From: Amoebophrya sp. A120
Taxonomy: Eukaryota > Protista > Dinoflagellata
Length of the DNA: 64,000 bases
Direction: 5' to 3'
NCBI GenBank assembly: GCA_905178155.1
Contig: CAJINV010000018.1
Coordinates: forward strand, 378,479 to 442,478
The notes under the pieces are model-generated. The model worked only from the letters and a program-made list of their open reading frames with translations, was not told where the DNA came from and did not search any database. Of the stretch, positions 1-15,000 are shown one piece after another (position 1 is the first letter of the stretch; the number at the start of each line of letters is the position of its first letter). Made by a program: the position numbers and the translations under genes.

Positions 1-3000
1 GTTCTGCTTGCTGGACTCCGGAAGTTTTTTCCACAAGTCCTCGTTCTCCCTACTCGGCAGGTCTTGCGTCAAATCGAGCCAGTGTTCCTCGTGTTTGCTG
101 GGTTCGTGTTGTGCAAACAACTGGTCGAATTGCGTCTTCGCTGCGATTATGCATTGCAAATATGTCTGGGTCTGGAAGATTGCGAGACTTCTCATGCTAG
201 TTTGACATGACTCAGAACTTTGTATTGCGTGGCCACGAAGACCTCCTCGTGTCTGTCATGCAAAAACGATGTTTCAGTTTCTCATGCGGAATACGCAACA
301 CAGAGCCACAAGAAAATCTGTCATGCTTGGCGGTGCATTACAGTGCGCTTTCTGTTCACTGACATGCATCACAAGTTTCCAGACCCAGACATATTTGCAC
401 TTGATAGCGATAATGGAGATGGAATCAGTCTCCTGCAGCAAATATCCTGTGCAAAAGTATCGTACTCGTATAAATGCAAGTCTTGCATTACAAATCTTTT
501 TCTTAAGGTAAATCAGCATGACTAATTTTATTTCTCATGCTAAGGAAATTTGTAATGCATTTATACGAGTACGATACTTTTGCAATGCATAGCAAATGCT
601 CCGTCAAAATCGTGACGAAATGCCGGCCGCCATTCAGGTCCATCTGCTGGAGCAGCGCGTAGGGGTCCTGTAACGCGGTCTGGAAGAGCAACCGCAAATG
701 GAACTTCGAGCTCCACCAGTGCGGGAAGCGATCGAAGGAAGAGAGCAACGTGTCAAACTGCAGCTGGTGCTTCACGCGCATGCTCCACGCCTGGTACTCA
801 TTCGTCTTCCAACATTATGCACTGCAAAAGCATCGCACTCGTAGTAATCGCAGTCACGCATTACAAATCTAATAATCAAGGGAAATCCGCATTACAAATT
901 ACATTCCTCATGCTGAGAAAATTAGTCATGCGATTCATACTAGTATGATGCTTCTGCAATGCATAAGCGTTTTTCCTCCGCCATGTGAGGTGCGGATTCC
1001 ATGATGTTCAAAACGGCCGACATCTCCTGACTCAAGGGCAGCCCGACATCGCTGCCGCGCAGATCGTCGCTGCTGTAGCGGGCAATTTCCGGCTGGCGCA
1101 ATCGTTTCAAGACAAAGTCCTTTTGGAGGTGCGTTTTGCCCAGATACCCTTTCACCTGAAACTTGCTGACATCCGCGAGAGATTCCCGCCAGACCCCCCG
1201 CCCGGAGGCCGAGATGGCGGACAGCTGCAAGAATTTCAGCAATTTATCCCTTAATCGGTCTTTCACCGCCACCGTTTTCTCTTCCTCCGTTGCCTTATTT
1301 CCCGAATTATTATCCGCAGTAGTTCTCGTGACATGCAAAAGCAAGTGCTTCTCTCGCAAGAATTGCTTTTGCGTCGCCAAACTGTCACCGAACGGAATGC
1401 TCAGCGGCTCCAACTGCAGGTAAAACGGGCCGTTGCTGGTCGGGAGGAGCGGTTTATTTGCGGTGAAACCGGTGCTGGCGCCGAGTAGTGAGCTGCCTTG
1501 CGTGAGTCCCGCGTACTTCGCCACGAGGCTAGGTCTCTTGTCCGGCGAAAAATCGTTCTGTATGCGCTCTGGCAAACCATCCGCATTCGCTGTAAACGAC
1601 TTCGGGCCCGCGAGCGGGTCATTTGCCTCGTTTTCCTTGCCGACGCGTTGCGGCAGCTCGGCATCGAAATCCTGGCCCAGTTCTACGTGCCGTTTCGTGA
1701 AGCCCACAATCTGCCCCTTCTCGTGCGACACGTAGGCGTTGAATTCCACATCCTGTATCGCAAGAAAAACGTGTTACAGTTACACATTGTGATGTTGCAG
1801 GCCAAGCAAGACAGACAAGCTCTGTCATGCCGGATATGCATAGGGGGCTCGTTATTTCATAGGTGTTTTCCCGTAGGATTTCGGCATTACAAGTTTTCTC
1901 ACTCATGCAGAGAAATTTGTGTTGCTGGATTCACTACAAATGTGTAACTGTAACAGTTTTTTCGTTGGATATCCTGGTACGCGATCTTATCCGCCCGTAG
2001 CAGCCTCTGTCGGCGGTCGGGCGTGTCGCTCTTGAACACGGTGGGCAGCCAGAATTTAGCCAAGGTGTTGTCATCTTTGCCCCCGTCATTCAATCCTCGG
2101 TACCCAAACTCGAACCAGTGCAGCCGGAGTTTCCACTTCATTAACACGAAAATGGATTGCGAAAACGACTCGCGGGTGCGCCACTGCGGCTCCTCGACTG
2201 CCTCTTTGACGATCTCCTCCTCCTCTGCAAACGTCTTTGGCGTGATCATCGTGTCGACTTCCTCGTCGGGCGCGGGCCACAGCTTCAGGGCTTTTTCCTT
2301 CCAGTCTCGGTACTCCTGGGAGTCTCTCCCGTAGTGCTATCCTGTGTAAAAACGTCCCCATAGTAAGTTGTCATGCTAATCCGCCATGACAGGAAGATTT
2401 GTAATGCCCATCTCCATGACAGGCATTTCTAATCATGTTTTGGCATTTGGAATGCTGTGAGCAGGAAGACAAAGTGGCTTTCTTATGCGGCGTCTCTTGA
2501 TAACCAGCACGACACTGGAGATTGAAACTTGTCATGCGCAATTCCTAAAACTTGGAGATTTGTGTTGCAAGTTTACCAACTTGACTATGGGGACGTTTTT
2601 GCTCAGGATACGTGCGCCACCGGGTTCTTGTTGTTCACTTGCCAGCGCTCCCACGCTTCCTTCAGCCCGTCAATAGTCCATTTGTGCGATATCAAAAGAA
2701 CAAGTCCCCCCCTCCCATATCGAAATGGAATTTCTGATGCTGGATTTGTGTACACAAATCAGCTTTGTATTGCAGGAAGGCACTGCGACCAGATCCCCAG
2801 GCTCGGCAGGGGCGTATGGGTCTAGTTGTTCAGCATTGCAAACGGCTCCCCTTTAGGCCCACCAGCATGACAAATCGCTTCCATAATGGGACGGAAGCGT
2901 CAGCCCTTGTCTTCTTGCAAGACAAATGTGATTTGTGACCTCAAATCAGCAACACAAATTTTCGGAAGCATACCGCTTCAATATGGGGAGGGGGGATTTT

Positions 3001-6000
3001 TCCTTTTAATATGCGAGGAAAGGGCTCGCTCATTCGGCGCCGCGGCCGCGCCCCGGGCCATGTAACTCAGGGGCTGCCAGTGTCTGAAAGTGTTTTTGAT
3101 ATTTGCCTTGTCAGTCAGATCGTCAAACGAAACCGTGAGCCCCCAAAACCTTGTGATCCATTTGGATATCAATTGCAAAAATGTCTGGGTCTGGAAGAAT
3201 GCGCGACTTGTCATGCAGCTTTTCCATGACCCATGAGGTCTGGAATGCAGGACCTAGCATGACAGAGTCTGTGCGATCTCTCTCATGCCTATCCTGCATG
3301 AGAAACTCCCTCCCGACTTGGTCAAAACTGGACGACTTGTGGTAATCATGCAACACAGATATTTGCATGCTTCAGATTTAGCATGACAAGTTGCATTCTT
3401 CCAGACCCAGACATTTTTACATTTGATATTGGATTCCCAGTTTCCCCCGGCAAACGCCGCCTTTTCGGACTTGAAGGGAGCCTCGTATTTTTGCAGTTTC
3501 CACTCGGACTTGGCTTCCTGTTTGTACCGGAGGTAGAGCGAAGAGACGTTAGTTTTAGGATGATGGGGATCAATACCATCCACCTTCTTCACAATCTTCA
3601 TTGCTTTCGCTTCATCCACTTCGAACCAGCGGAAAAAAGCGTCCTCCATTTTAGTGTCCAAATCCTGCGCTTTCATTCCGCTGCTCGCGTCCCGAATCTG
3701 TTTCAGCTTGCGGAGAAGGTCTCGATCCATCGCATCCTCATTTTGCTCCTCCGCAAAGCCTTCCAGCAGAGCCTCCTTGAAGAGACGACGACGTTCCGCC
3801 AGAGGCTCATACTCACAGTTGTTTTGGTCGTTTAGCTCGATCTTTCCGGTAATCCAGAGCTCCTCGCGTTCTACCGTTTCATCGAGTGCCTCGGCATATG
3901 CATTGCAAATATTTCTGGGTCCTCCGGAAACTTTCGAACTTGTGACGCTAATAAATTTCTTCACAACTACACGCATCAATTTCTCATGCATAGGCAGCAA
4001 AAGTTGCCCACTTCCTGTCATCGAAATAATGGATTTGTCTTCATGCGGATTAGGCATTGCGGAACCTTTTCTAGACCTGTGATGCTGGGGCTTCCACGCC
4101 AGACCTTCCGTGTCATACAAAAACAGCATGACAAAAATCTGCACTCTTCCAGACATATTTGCATCTCATACTGCATGCATCTGCCTCCCATTTGTGTACT
4201 TCAGCTGTTCGTTTTGATTATTGAGCTTCACTTTGAACAAGCCCTTTTCTGGGTCATCATTGTGATACACCTCGTTTTCCATGTAGCACTTTTTCAGTCG
4301 CTGAGTCTTGCAACTGCCGGTGAAGTCAAAGCTTGGCCTGGCGATGTAGACGTGGTCAGGATGTTTCCCAGTGAGCAGGTACGCTAAGAACGCAGCTTTC
4401 CGCCGCCTTATCCTGTGTAAAAACGTCCCCACCCCATAGTCAAGTTGGTAAATCTGCAACACAAATCCCCAAGTTTTGGGAGTTTTGCATGACAAGTTTC
4501 CATCTGTAGCGTCGTGCTGTTTAGCAAGGGCAGCCGCATGAGAAAGCCAGCCTCTCATCCTGTTTACAGCATTACAAAGTCCAAAACACGATTGGAAATG
4601 CCTGTCATGCAGATCCGCATTACAAATGTTCCTGTCATTGCACACTTGCATGACAACCCTGGAGTGGGGACGTTTTTACACAGGATACGCCTCTCGCGGT
4701 CCCCATCCGGCTCTTCGATGGCGTTCAGGTCTTCGGCATGATATCGAAAGGAAAAATCCCTCCTCCCCATATCAAAGTGGCAATCTGTGTTGCGGGATTT
4801 GTGTACACAAATCAGCTTTGTCAATGCAGGCAGATGGCGCAAAGCCTGGAAGGAGCTGGCTAGAGGTGGGCGCCCAGCATGGCAGAGGTCTACCCTGTTG
4901 GCGCAGCAGCATTACAAATCGCCTGCGTAAAGCGACGAACGCTCTGGCTTTGCTCTCTTGCAAGACAGACCTGATTTGTGACCACAAATCAGCAACACAA
5001 ATTTTCAAAAGGATGCCTTTTCGACATGGGGAGGGGGGATTTTTCCTTTTGATACGTGGATGTGTTTGAACATGTACCCCACTTGGTCTTATCCTGCGCA
5101 AAAGTATCGCACTCGTACTGCAGTCATGCATTGCAAATCTTTTCCCTAAGGTAAATCAGCATTACAAATTTTATTTCTCATGCTGAGAAAATTTGTAATG
5201 CATTTATTTATACGTGTACGATACTTTTGCACTGCATAGGTCTGCGTCTTCCACGAATTTCCTCCTGGACTCGTCCCCACTGTGTTGCCTATGCTCTGCA
5301 AAAGTATCGTACAACTCGTAGTAATTGCAGTCATGCATCACAAATTTTTTTCCTGAGGTAGATCCGCATGACAAATTTTTATTTCTCACGCTGAGGAAAT
5401 TTGTAATGCATTTTATACGAGTACGATACTTTTGCACAGCATATTGCCAGTAGAAATACGATTTTTTGTCCGGGATTTATGGATGTGTCAGGATTGAAAT
5501 CGACAGAGTTGAAATAACTTGTAATGCCGAAAATCGATACCAGTTGGGAGCCCAATTTCCAAGCGGCGCATGACAAAATTTTCCGAGCGCCGGAATCCAA
5601 TTTGTCATGCTGTTTGGGCACAGAAGACTGCTTTTGTCATGCTACTTTAGCAGCTCTATTTCAAACCCCAACCACGCTGACAGTTGGCCTCACTTGCCAT
5701 CCCGGCAAGACAGGCACTTCATGCCTTGCATTTTCTGCATGGCAAATCATTTCAACTTTGTCGATTTCAAACCTGACGCTTCCATAAAATTTCGGGCGAC
5801 TCGGACTCGAAAAGAAACTTCGGGTCCTGTTTATGACTTGCTCAAACGTTACAATCTCAAATCGTTTACCATAGAATCTGGAATTTGTCTTGCATGATGA
5901 GCATGACCGAATCGTAGAGCATTCTACTTTCTGCAATACAAATCTCGCCAAGCTCTAGTGCGGTTTGGGGCTCCGAAACTTGTCATGCGCAATCCTGTGG

Positions 6001-9000
6001 GAGTAGGCCAGAAGATGTTGCGCATTTTGCAACGCAAATTCCAGATTCTATTCTAACGTTTGAGATTGTAACGTTTGAGCAAGTCATACCGTTCCTGCTC
6101 GTGCGACCCGTCGATCTTGAAGTACTGCGTTAATTTTTGCGTCAGCAGCGCGGCCTCCGGGTCAAAACTCATTTCCTGGGCGCGCAGCACTTCGCATTGG
6201 TGCTTCACTTCCTCGGTCACGGCCGCGCTCGCAGGCTGGCCGGCCAGTGGCGCTAGGACCTGTTGTCGCGCGTCGTCATGGAGCAAGCCGCAGTCGGTGT
6301 CCGACGGGGGCAGAAAGTGAAGTCCCGCCTTCTTCGCCTGGCGGTCGCCGAGAACCACATCCTGAATGCCTTGAAAGTTGTCGGGATCCTCAGAAATCTT
6401 GCTGGACTTGGCCCCCTGGCGGATCAAGCTGTACCCGATGGCCGCCAGCTTCAAGAGCTCCGCGCGGACTTTCGTCCTCGAGAGCAGGGTATCAACGGTA
6501 AAAATGTCTGGGTCTGGAAGAATTCATGTTTGTCATGCTTGTCTGGCATGACTCTTAAATCTGTCATGCACGTTACCCAAGAGCTCCGCTTTTCTGTGAT
6601 GCAGAAGCGCAGTTTGTCATGCAGAATAGGCAACACCTAGGAGCTCAGAAACTTGTCATGCTCAGCCAGAATTTGTAGCCTCATCATGAGACGCTACCCA
6701 GCATCACAAGTTCCCAGACATCCAGACATTTTTACTTTTGATACAGGGTTTTCTTCTCCGAGTGCGCCAACGCGCGGATGAAAACGGACTGGTACGACAG
6801 CATAAGGCATCAACTGCAAATATGTCTGGGGCTACTGGAAGATTGCAAGGTTTGGCATGCACATTTTGCATGACCAATGATTGTCTGTAATGCATGACCT
6901 AGCATCACACACTTTTAGTAGAACCCTTCCTGATGCCTATTCCGCATGACAAATGCCCTCTCCACCGCGTAGCACAATCAGGGCAGATCCTCTTGCTGGT
7001 CATGAAATACAGATTTTTTTAGAATCCAAAGACAGGATGACAAGTTTGGATCCTTCCAGACCCAGGCATATTTGCAATCCATATGACCCCGTCCAGGAAT
7101 TTGAACGACTCGAGCATGATTCGCCCGAGGTTTCTTATCGCAAGAAAAAAGTGATACACTTACACATTGTGTTGCAGGAGCCGCAAGACAGACAAGCTTT
7201 ATCATGCAGGAAATGCTTGCGAGGATCGTTTCCTACGTGTTTTCCCTTTTAATGTTTGCACTACAAGTTTTCTCTGCCACACAGAGAAAATTTGTGATGC
7301 AGAAACTCAAACAAATGTGTACCTGTAAAAACACTTTTTTCTTGTGATATTTCTCGCGTCTAGCGCATCGTCGTTCTCGTTGTCACTGTAGGACTTGACA
7401 AAAGCCTCTAGGTCCCAAGCGTCCGCTATCCCAGAAAAAAAAGCTGGCAGGGCATATTTGTATTGCAAAAATAAATACACGCAAAAATTTGTCATGGGTG
7501 GCTCCATAGCATGCTGCTTCGGATATGCAACGCAGATTTTTTTGCGTATTTATTTTTGCATTACAAATTATATGCCCTGCCAGCTTTTTTCTGTGTGATA
7601 TCCGCAGCGTCTTGTCTCTCCTTCTTCGTCGGAGTTCCGCTATTGTTCGTTGGGCCGAGCTATCAAATGCAAAAATGTGTGGGTCTGGAAACTTGTGATA
7701 CTAAAATGTGCATGATGAAAACACTTCCGAATGCAGTCCGGCATGACAACGTCCCAAAACGCTTTCTCATAGGCAACCTGTTGGTGATGCAATACAGATT
7801 TTCTTTTCTAGGTATGGAAAGCTAGCATTACAAGTTCCAACCTTCCAGACCCAGACATTTTTACAATCCATACGAGCTGCAGGCTCTTCAGCGCCACAGA
7901 CTCGACCGTGGCTTCGAGTAGCCGGTGCTTTGGAACCGGCAGTTGCCCCACCAAATCCCGCCCGAAGGTTTCCAGCAGGGCCGGGAAATCGGTGCCGCGC
8001 CGCATCTTGGGCCCCTTCCGGACGATGGTCACGATGAGCGGCGGTCGGTTCTCCTCCGGCTGTTCCCACCAGGTTTTCCACTTCTGACAGCACGGCGCGC
8101 AGTTGCAGGTGGTGGATTTCCTGTCCAGCGTGTAGTCGCAGAAATTGTTTCCGCACCCGCGAGGACGGTCTTTCCCCTGCGGATTCCAAGACCCGGGCAT
8201 ATCGGTGCCCGGGGGTCTTTGGAATTCCTGGAAATACTCCCCATCCGTCAGCTGCGCAAATGTCTTTGCCTTAAACTCCGGCTTACGCGGTTGCGGTTTC
8301 GCGCCCGCTTTTCCCTTGTCGAACTTTTGTTCGAAGGGGCAGTTTGCGTCCTTCCCAGATTTCTTCCAGCCGCGGGTCAAAACTAAGCTGATTTCCGATT
8401 CCAAAAACGCGTCCTGGTGCTCCTTTTGGAAGTCAGACGGGATTATCACACAGAAAAAAGCAGGCTGGTCATATTTGTATTGCGAAATTGATAAATACAC
8501 AAAAAGATCTGTATTGCATATCCTAAACCGCGTGCTATGGGGCCGCCCATGACAAGTTTATCTGTGTATTTGTTTTTGCATTACAAATATGCCATCCTAG
8601 CTTTTCTCTCTGGGATAGGGATCTCAAAGCGAGTGGCTCGGTCAATCATGTCCTTCAAATCCTTCACGCTGCTGCCGCCGTCAATCCGGCCAAGCTTCAG
8701 CTCCCGGCCGTGGACCTTCACGCCAGCACGACTGGGAGTGCTCCGTCGGGACTCCAAGTCGTAGATTTGGAGAGCATTCCACATGCTGTTCTCCTGCGAA
8801 CAGCTCCGGTACTCCTCCTCGTCTTGCGGAATCAGGAGCAGCTCACCTGCGGTCTGTAACCTGTACTTCGTCCCCTCGTCAGCCTTATCAAATGCAAATA
8901 TGTCTGGGTCTGGAAGAGCGTAAACTTGTCGTGCAGGTTTTCCATGACCCATGAGGTCTGGAATGCGGGACCTAGCATGACAGAGTCTGTGAGGTCTCTG

Positions 9001-12000
9001 CCATGCCTATCCTGCATGAGAAACTCTCCCCAATCTTGGTCGAAAGTGGACAGCTTTATTTGCCACTCATGCAACACAGATTTCTGCATGTGATTCGGAT
9101 TTAGCATGGCAAGTTGCAATCTTCCAGACCCAGACATTCTTGCAACTCATACGCCTCTTTCTCTTCCATCTCGTACACAATGCGGATGTTCTCATCTATC
9201 CAAGAAAAAAACGCTGTTGGTGTAAATTTGTGATGCGCCACATGCAAGATGGTTGCGTCTGTCATGCTTGGCATGCATCGTGGGGTCCATTATAGGGCGT
9301 TTTCGCGTACTATCTGCGCATGACAGGTTTTTGCTGTCATGCCAGACAAATTTGTAATGCTGTTCCTCCAAAAAAGTTACACCTACAATGTTTTTTTCTT
9401 GGATATCATCGTGCGCGACTGTGCCGGTAGTCGGGTTTTTTTGCGGGATCCCCGCCTCTTCCCCGAAATCCTCAACGAGTTTCAGGAAATCACCGGAATC
9501 CTGCTTAAACCCCAACCGTTGCTGTCCGTTCAAATCGAGGAATTTCGCAAGTCGGTGCAAAACGGAGAAGCCCCATCCGGGCTTGGATTTGTCAATCCGC
9601 TCCATGTCCGCGCGGAGGTTGTCCAAGACGGACCGTTTCTCTTCGAACTGCACCGTCGCGTCCCCCGGCCGGGGGTACCCCTTGGTTTGGGACAAGTGCG
9701 AGGCCTTCAGGCCCTGCATGAACTCCCCGATTTTTTTCAGATCTGGATCCACGTGATTCGGGTCCTCGACATCCATAGCGCCTGCTCCCCTCGCTCTCGG
9801 TGTCGGCTTCGCGTTGGCGGGATCGTACCCAAAGGGCTTTTGCAGACCGCCGTCCGGTATCAAATGTAAAAATGTCTGGGTCTGGAAGAGTCATGTTGTT
9901 TTTGCATGACACAGAAGGGCTGGCATGGAAGCTCTAGCATCACAGGTTTCGAAAAGCTTCCGCAATGCCGAATCCGCATGACAAGTCACCCATTTTGGTG
10001 ACAGAAAGCAGGCAGCTTTTCCTACCTATGCATGAGAGATTTTTCTGTGTTCTAAAATGCGCATCACAAGTTTGGATTCTTCCAGACCCAGACATTTTTA
10101 CAGTTGATATCCGGCCGTCTGGCTCGCGTGAGCACGGCGAGCTCCGCAACGATGTCTTGCTTCATATGGCGCTCTCAACTGTTACATTCTCAAGTGTTAC
10201 TGTGATGCAAGAATGGAAAAAATGAAAGGAGGAAGATAGTGCCTTTTGCATTACAAATTTTGTGCAGATTTTGCCTTTGGTGCTGTTTAGCCCTTCGCAA
10301 ATTTGTCATGCGAAGCAGCTTGATCTTGTGGATGATCGTGGTATTTTTGCATGACAAATTCATGTAACAGTTGAGAATGTAACGTTTGAGAACGCCATAC
10401 TTCAGCGAGACGGACTTTCGCGTCCGGATTTCAGCGAGGTTTGCTTTCTATCCCAGAGAAAGGAGCAGGCAGGGCATATTTGTAATGCAAAAAGACATAC
10501 ACAAAAAAATCTGTCACGGGCGGCCCCGTAGCATGCTGTTTAGGATGCGCAATACAGATTTTTTTGTGTGTTTATTTTTGCATCACAGACATGACCTGCG
10601 TGCTTTTTTCTGTGTGATACTTTCGCGGATTTCGCCTCCGTTAAGAACATCACGGTCGCCATATCAAAAGGAAAGATCCCCCCTCCCCATATCGAAGTGG
10701 AAATCTGTGATGCGGGATTTGTGTGCACACATCGGCTGTGTTTTGCAGCAGAAGACTGCAGGCAGATACAAAGCCGGAGTAGGGGCGTTTTGTTGTGGGG
10801 GTCTAGCAAGGCAGGCACATCCTCCGTAGGCCCTACAGCATTACAAATTGCCTGCAGGACGCGGCAAGGTGTTTGGATTTGCCTTCTTGCAATACAGAGA
10901 CGATATGTGGTCTCAAATCAGCATCACAAATTTTCAGAACTATCCCGGTTCAGTATGGGGAGGGGGGATTTTTCCTCACAATACGCCAGAAGTCTCTTGA
11001 GCGTTTTCACCCTCAATTCCAGTGAGTGCGCCATAAGTTCCCCTCTGCACTGTCTCTGCAGCAGAACTAACTTCCCCTCGGCCTTCGCTTTGGGGTTAAT
11101 GATTCTACTATGGGCCCAGCCGGCCATGTCTTTCGCCCGCTCGTTTGCGAACAACCTAAGTTTGGCTGTCTTCTCGGAACTGAAAACTCTGTCTGCTCGG
11201 AACTTCGGATTCATATGCATTGCAAAAGTATCGTACTCGTATAAATGCATTATAAATTCCCTCAGCATGAGAAATAAAATTTGTCATGCGGATTTACCTT
11301 AGGAGAAAAAATTGGAATGCATGACTGCAATTACTACGAGTACGATATTACTTTTGCACAGGATAATTCAAGCGGACCAGCGGTTCCTCCTGGTCGTCTT
11401 GCTCCTCGTTTGCCCCCTGTAACGGTGCACAACTCCCCCTTCCCCTCATTTGTATAGCATGAACGGCAATAGTACAAGCATCAACACCTCCAATGGTGGT
11501 TTTGCATGACAAATTTGCACTGCAGTGTAGTGCTGCTCCTTGGGCTACCAGAACTTGTCATGCAAACAGTGCCTAGAGCAGGCAAGGGGTGGAATGGGTA
11601 AGTGTGGATATCCTAAACCCTGAAACCTAACCTAAACCCTTTCCGGATCGAACTTGTGCAGCAGGAGAAGGCGTAGATCGTAGGTGAGACGGTCGCGACG
11701 ACAGCCATCCCGTGCCGGCGGCGGTGGGGCCCTACCTAAACCTAGACCGGAAAAAAAGACCGGAAAAAAACTGCTTGGTGCCAGTTGGGCCCGGGGAACA
11801 AGAGGCAGAGCAAAAAAGGAGGATTTGCCGGCAAGGGGTGGAATGGGTAAGTATTTTGCATGACAAATGAGGGGGAGGGGAAGTTGTGCACTGTCATACG
11901 CCCGCGGCAGAGGCGCTGGCCGCATTACGACCCCCGCCTCGTTTGGCCACGTTTGCTTCGGGTTCGTTGAAGTGCCAGTCATTCTCGTGGCCCACGGCTC

Positions 12001-15000
12001 GTGCGATCCCGTGTGAGGCACTGCGTGCGGTATCGTGCACGGCAGAAGGGGCTTGGGCTTGCTTGTCCTGGTCGCAATTATCCTCTTCTCCGCCTAAAAT
12101 TGGCGCGTGCGACTGCGGAAACAGTTCCAGCTTAAACAGCTGTTTCTTCATATCCTATGTAAAAACTTCCCCACACCGTACCCATAGTTATTATGGGGAA
12201 TGATCTGCTAGACAAATCCACCAGCTTTGGTTGTTGCGCATGACAGGTTTTGTCTCGTAGTCGTGTAAAAATCCTGACCTGTTTCTCGTTCAGCAGCATC
12301 ACAGATCTAGTCTGTTCTGCTGATTGGAGCATTTACAAATTTTGAAAATACGACGTAGAAGATGCTTCTTATGGGGCTCCGCATGAGGAGCATTTTGATC
12401 ATGCAGTTTTGCATGACAAAGACAACTCTGGGGAGGTGGGGACGTTTTATTTACACAGGATACTTCATCTTCCGGGTCAGTTTCATCACCGCTTCCTCGA
12501 GCAAGTAGTACTGACTCGCCAGGTAGCTCGCAAACTTTTCCGCGTACAATCGCTTCATGTGCAACGGTTGTTGATGGGACTGCTCGAAGGTTTTCTTTGC
12601 GGCCAGGAGATTGGTGTGGTCCTTTTCCGTGTCGAGAGTCACAACCAGTTCCTTGTATTCCGTTTCCATGTCGGTAAATGCTTCTTCGATTTGCTCCACT
12701 TTTTCGTCAAATTTCTTCCGCTCTTCCCGCAAACCAGTTGTCATGTCGGAAACAGCAAGGTAGTGGAGATCTAAAGACCAGTCCTTGTACAAGCAATTAT
12801 CATTGGAAACTTTGAATTGGAACTTGACTTCTTCGTCAGAAGAAGACTTTTTACCACCTTTTTCCTTTTTCCCCGCTGCGGCTTTTCTCGACGCCTGCTC
12901 GGGACCACAACTGCTCACCGGGGGTTTGTCCGCAGCGGCCGGTACGTAGTCCTCCCCATTGAACATACCGTAGGAGAAGAACTCCCGGGCAAAGGCAAGA
13001 AAGGAATGCACCCCGGAGTGCCGGGCGTAGCTGGGCGTGGCCCAGGGGAAGGCGTCCATAATCAGAGCGAACTTTTTTTGTTTGAACAGCACCGATTTTT
13101 TGTGAGTCTTTGTATATGTCGGGTGGAATTGCGGAATATTGATGTTGTTGTTCTCCGCCGTTTGCTGTTCGTGCTTGGTGAAAGCCTTCATCAGATGTTG
13201 CCGTTTCAGCTTCTGTTTCAACCGGTTCAGAAATTTCAAGGCGTGGTCAGACAGGTTCCAGGCTTGTTTTGTGCCATCCCCCGCCCGTTCCTCGGGTAAG
13301 TGGCTAAAAGCGGAGTCAAATTGCTTCGCCGGGTCATTGTTGCTTGCCGCCTCCTCGGCGTTCTGCTCTGCCGCGTCCTCCGCTTCGAACTCCATCGCCA
13401 GGCCCGCGTGCAGCTTATTTTGCGCCACAATCGCTTGTCTCTTTCGAAACTCCTCCAGCTTTTCCTCGGTCGTCAGGTTTTTCTTGATGTGCTCGAGCCA
13501 GTGGAGTTCGTCTGGGCGTCCGAACTTTGCGTGGAGCCAGTTGTACAGCTTCGCCTCCTATCCTGTGCAAAAGTATCGTACTCGTACTAATCGCATTCAT
13601 GCATGACAAATTTCTTTCTCAAGTTAAATCCGCATCACAAATTTCATTTCTCATGCTGAGGAAATTTGTCATGCGATTACTATACATTATATTCATGCGA
13701 AAAAAGAGGTAGACAGAGGGTCCCAGAGAGGTGGCCGAGAGGTAAAAAAGAGGTCGACAGAGGTAGAAAAGAGGTCGACAGAGGTGGAGAGGTGGCGCGG
13801 GACCCCGTTCGAGAGGGTCCGCGAGAGGGTGCGCGAATAAGGCCCGCAGTAAGCGCCCACCCTTAGGCGCCGCCTAAGTGGCACAGAGGGTGCAGAGAGG
13901 TCAAAAAGAGGGGGCGCGAGAGGTCGACAGAGGTGGAGAGAGGTGTTGCGAATAAGGGGCGACCTCTCGCGGACCCTCTTGGCCACCTCTCGGCCACCTC
14001 TGTCGACCTCTACCCGCGAGTATAGCCGGACTATTAGCGGGGACCCCCAAAAGAGGTCAAAAAGAGGGTCTGCGAGAGGTCTGCGAGAGGGTAAAAGCAC
14101 AAAGAAGCGGGCGCGAATCCGCATGGTAGTGCCCATATTTGGCATTGCAGGCCATTCGCGGACTTGTTTTGTTCGGCGCCTTTCCCCGCCACCCTCTCGC
14201 GCACCCTCTCGCGCACCCTCTCGCGCCACCCTCTCGCGCCACCCTCTCGCGCACCCTCCCGCGCCACCCTCTCGCGCCACCCTCTCCCGCCATGCGGCTT
14301 CTGTTCGCCCCCGGTGTTCTTTGCAGCTGCTCCCTGCGCAGAGCGCCCACAGGCGCGGGAAGCGCGCAAGTGGTCCTGCGGCTTGGCTCGGCGCAAATCG
14401 GCGGCAGGAATCCAGTATGTTTCGTTGTGCCTACTAGGCCCGTGGGGTTGTGGTCCGAGCGGCAAACAGCCTTGCCCCGGCCCAACAGCCTTGCGCTCCG
14501 GCGGCAGCCGGAGCATGGCTGGTTTATACTAGTACGATGCTTTTGCATTGCATACCTCCGTGTTGCGTTGGTATTCGGACGCCAGAGTCAAGTGCGTCTC
14601 CACAATCGTGACCCACAAGTCGTTATGGATTGCAAAAGTGACTGGGTCTAAAAGATTCCGAGATTTGTCATGCGGTTTTTCCAAGCTCCGCCAAGGCTGG
14701 AATGCAGGGATGGCATCACAGGTTCTGCAGCCCCTTGTTGGCGATGTTTATTCCGCATGAGAAATGCCCTCTAAGAATGGCCAGAAGTGGGGACCTTTTG
14801 CAAGTCATGCAACACAGATTTTTGTATGATCCGCAACACGGATGACAAATTCGAATTCTTCCAGACCCAGACACTTTTGCATTTGATAGTCGTGACTCAT
14901 CACCTCGTCCAGCTTCAAGTGAAACTGGTTGTTATCGCAAGAAAAAAGTGTTACAGTTACACACTGTATTGCAGGCATAGCAAGACAGACAAGTTCTGTC

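Noticed and set aside
13693-14651. Arg/Gly/Ala-rich ORFs on both strands
   Set aside because: Products of GC-rich tandem repeats within the nested element; no transposase motifs
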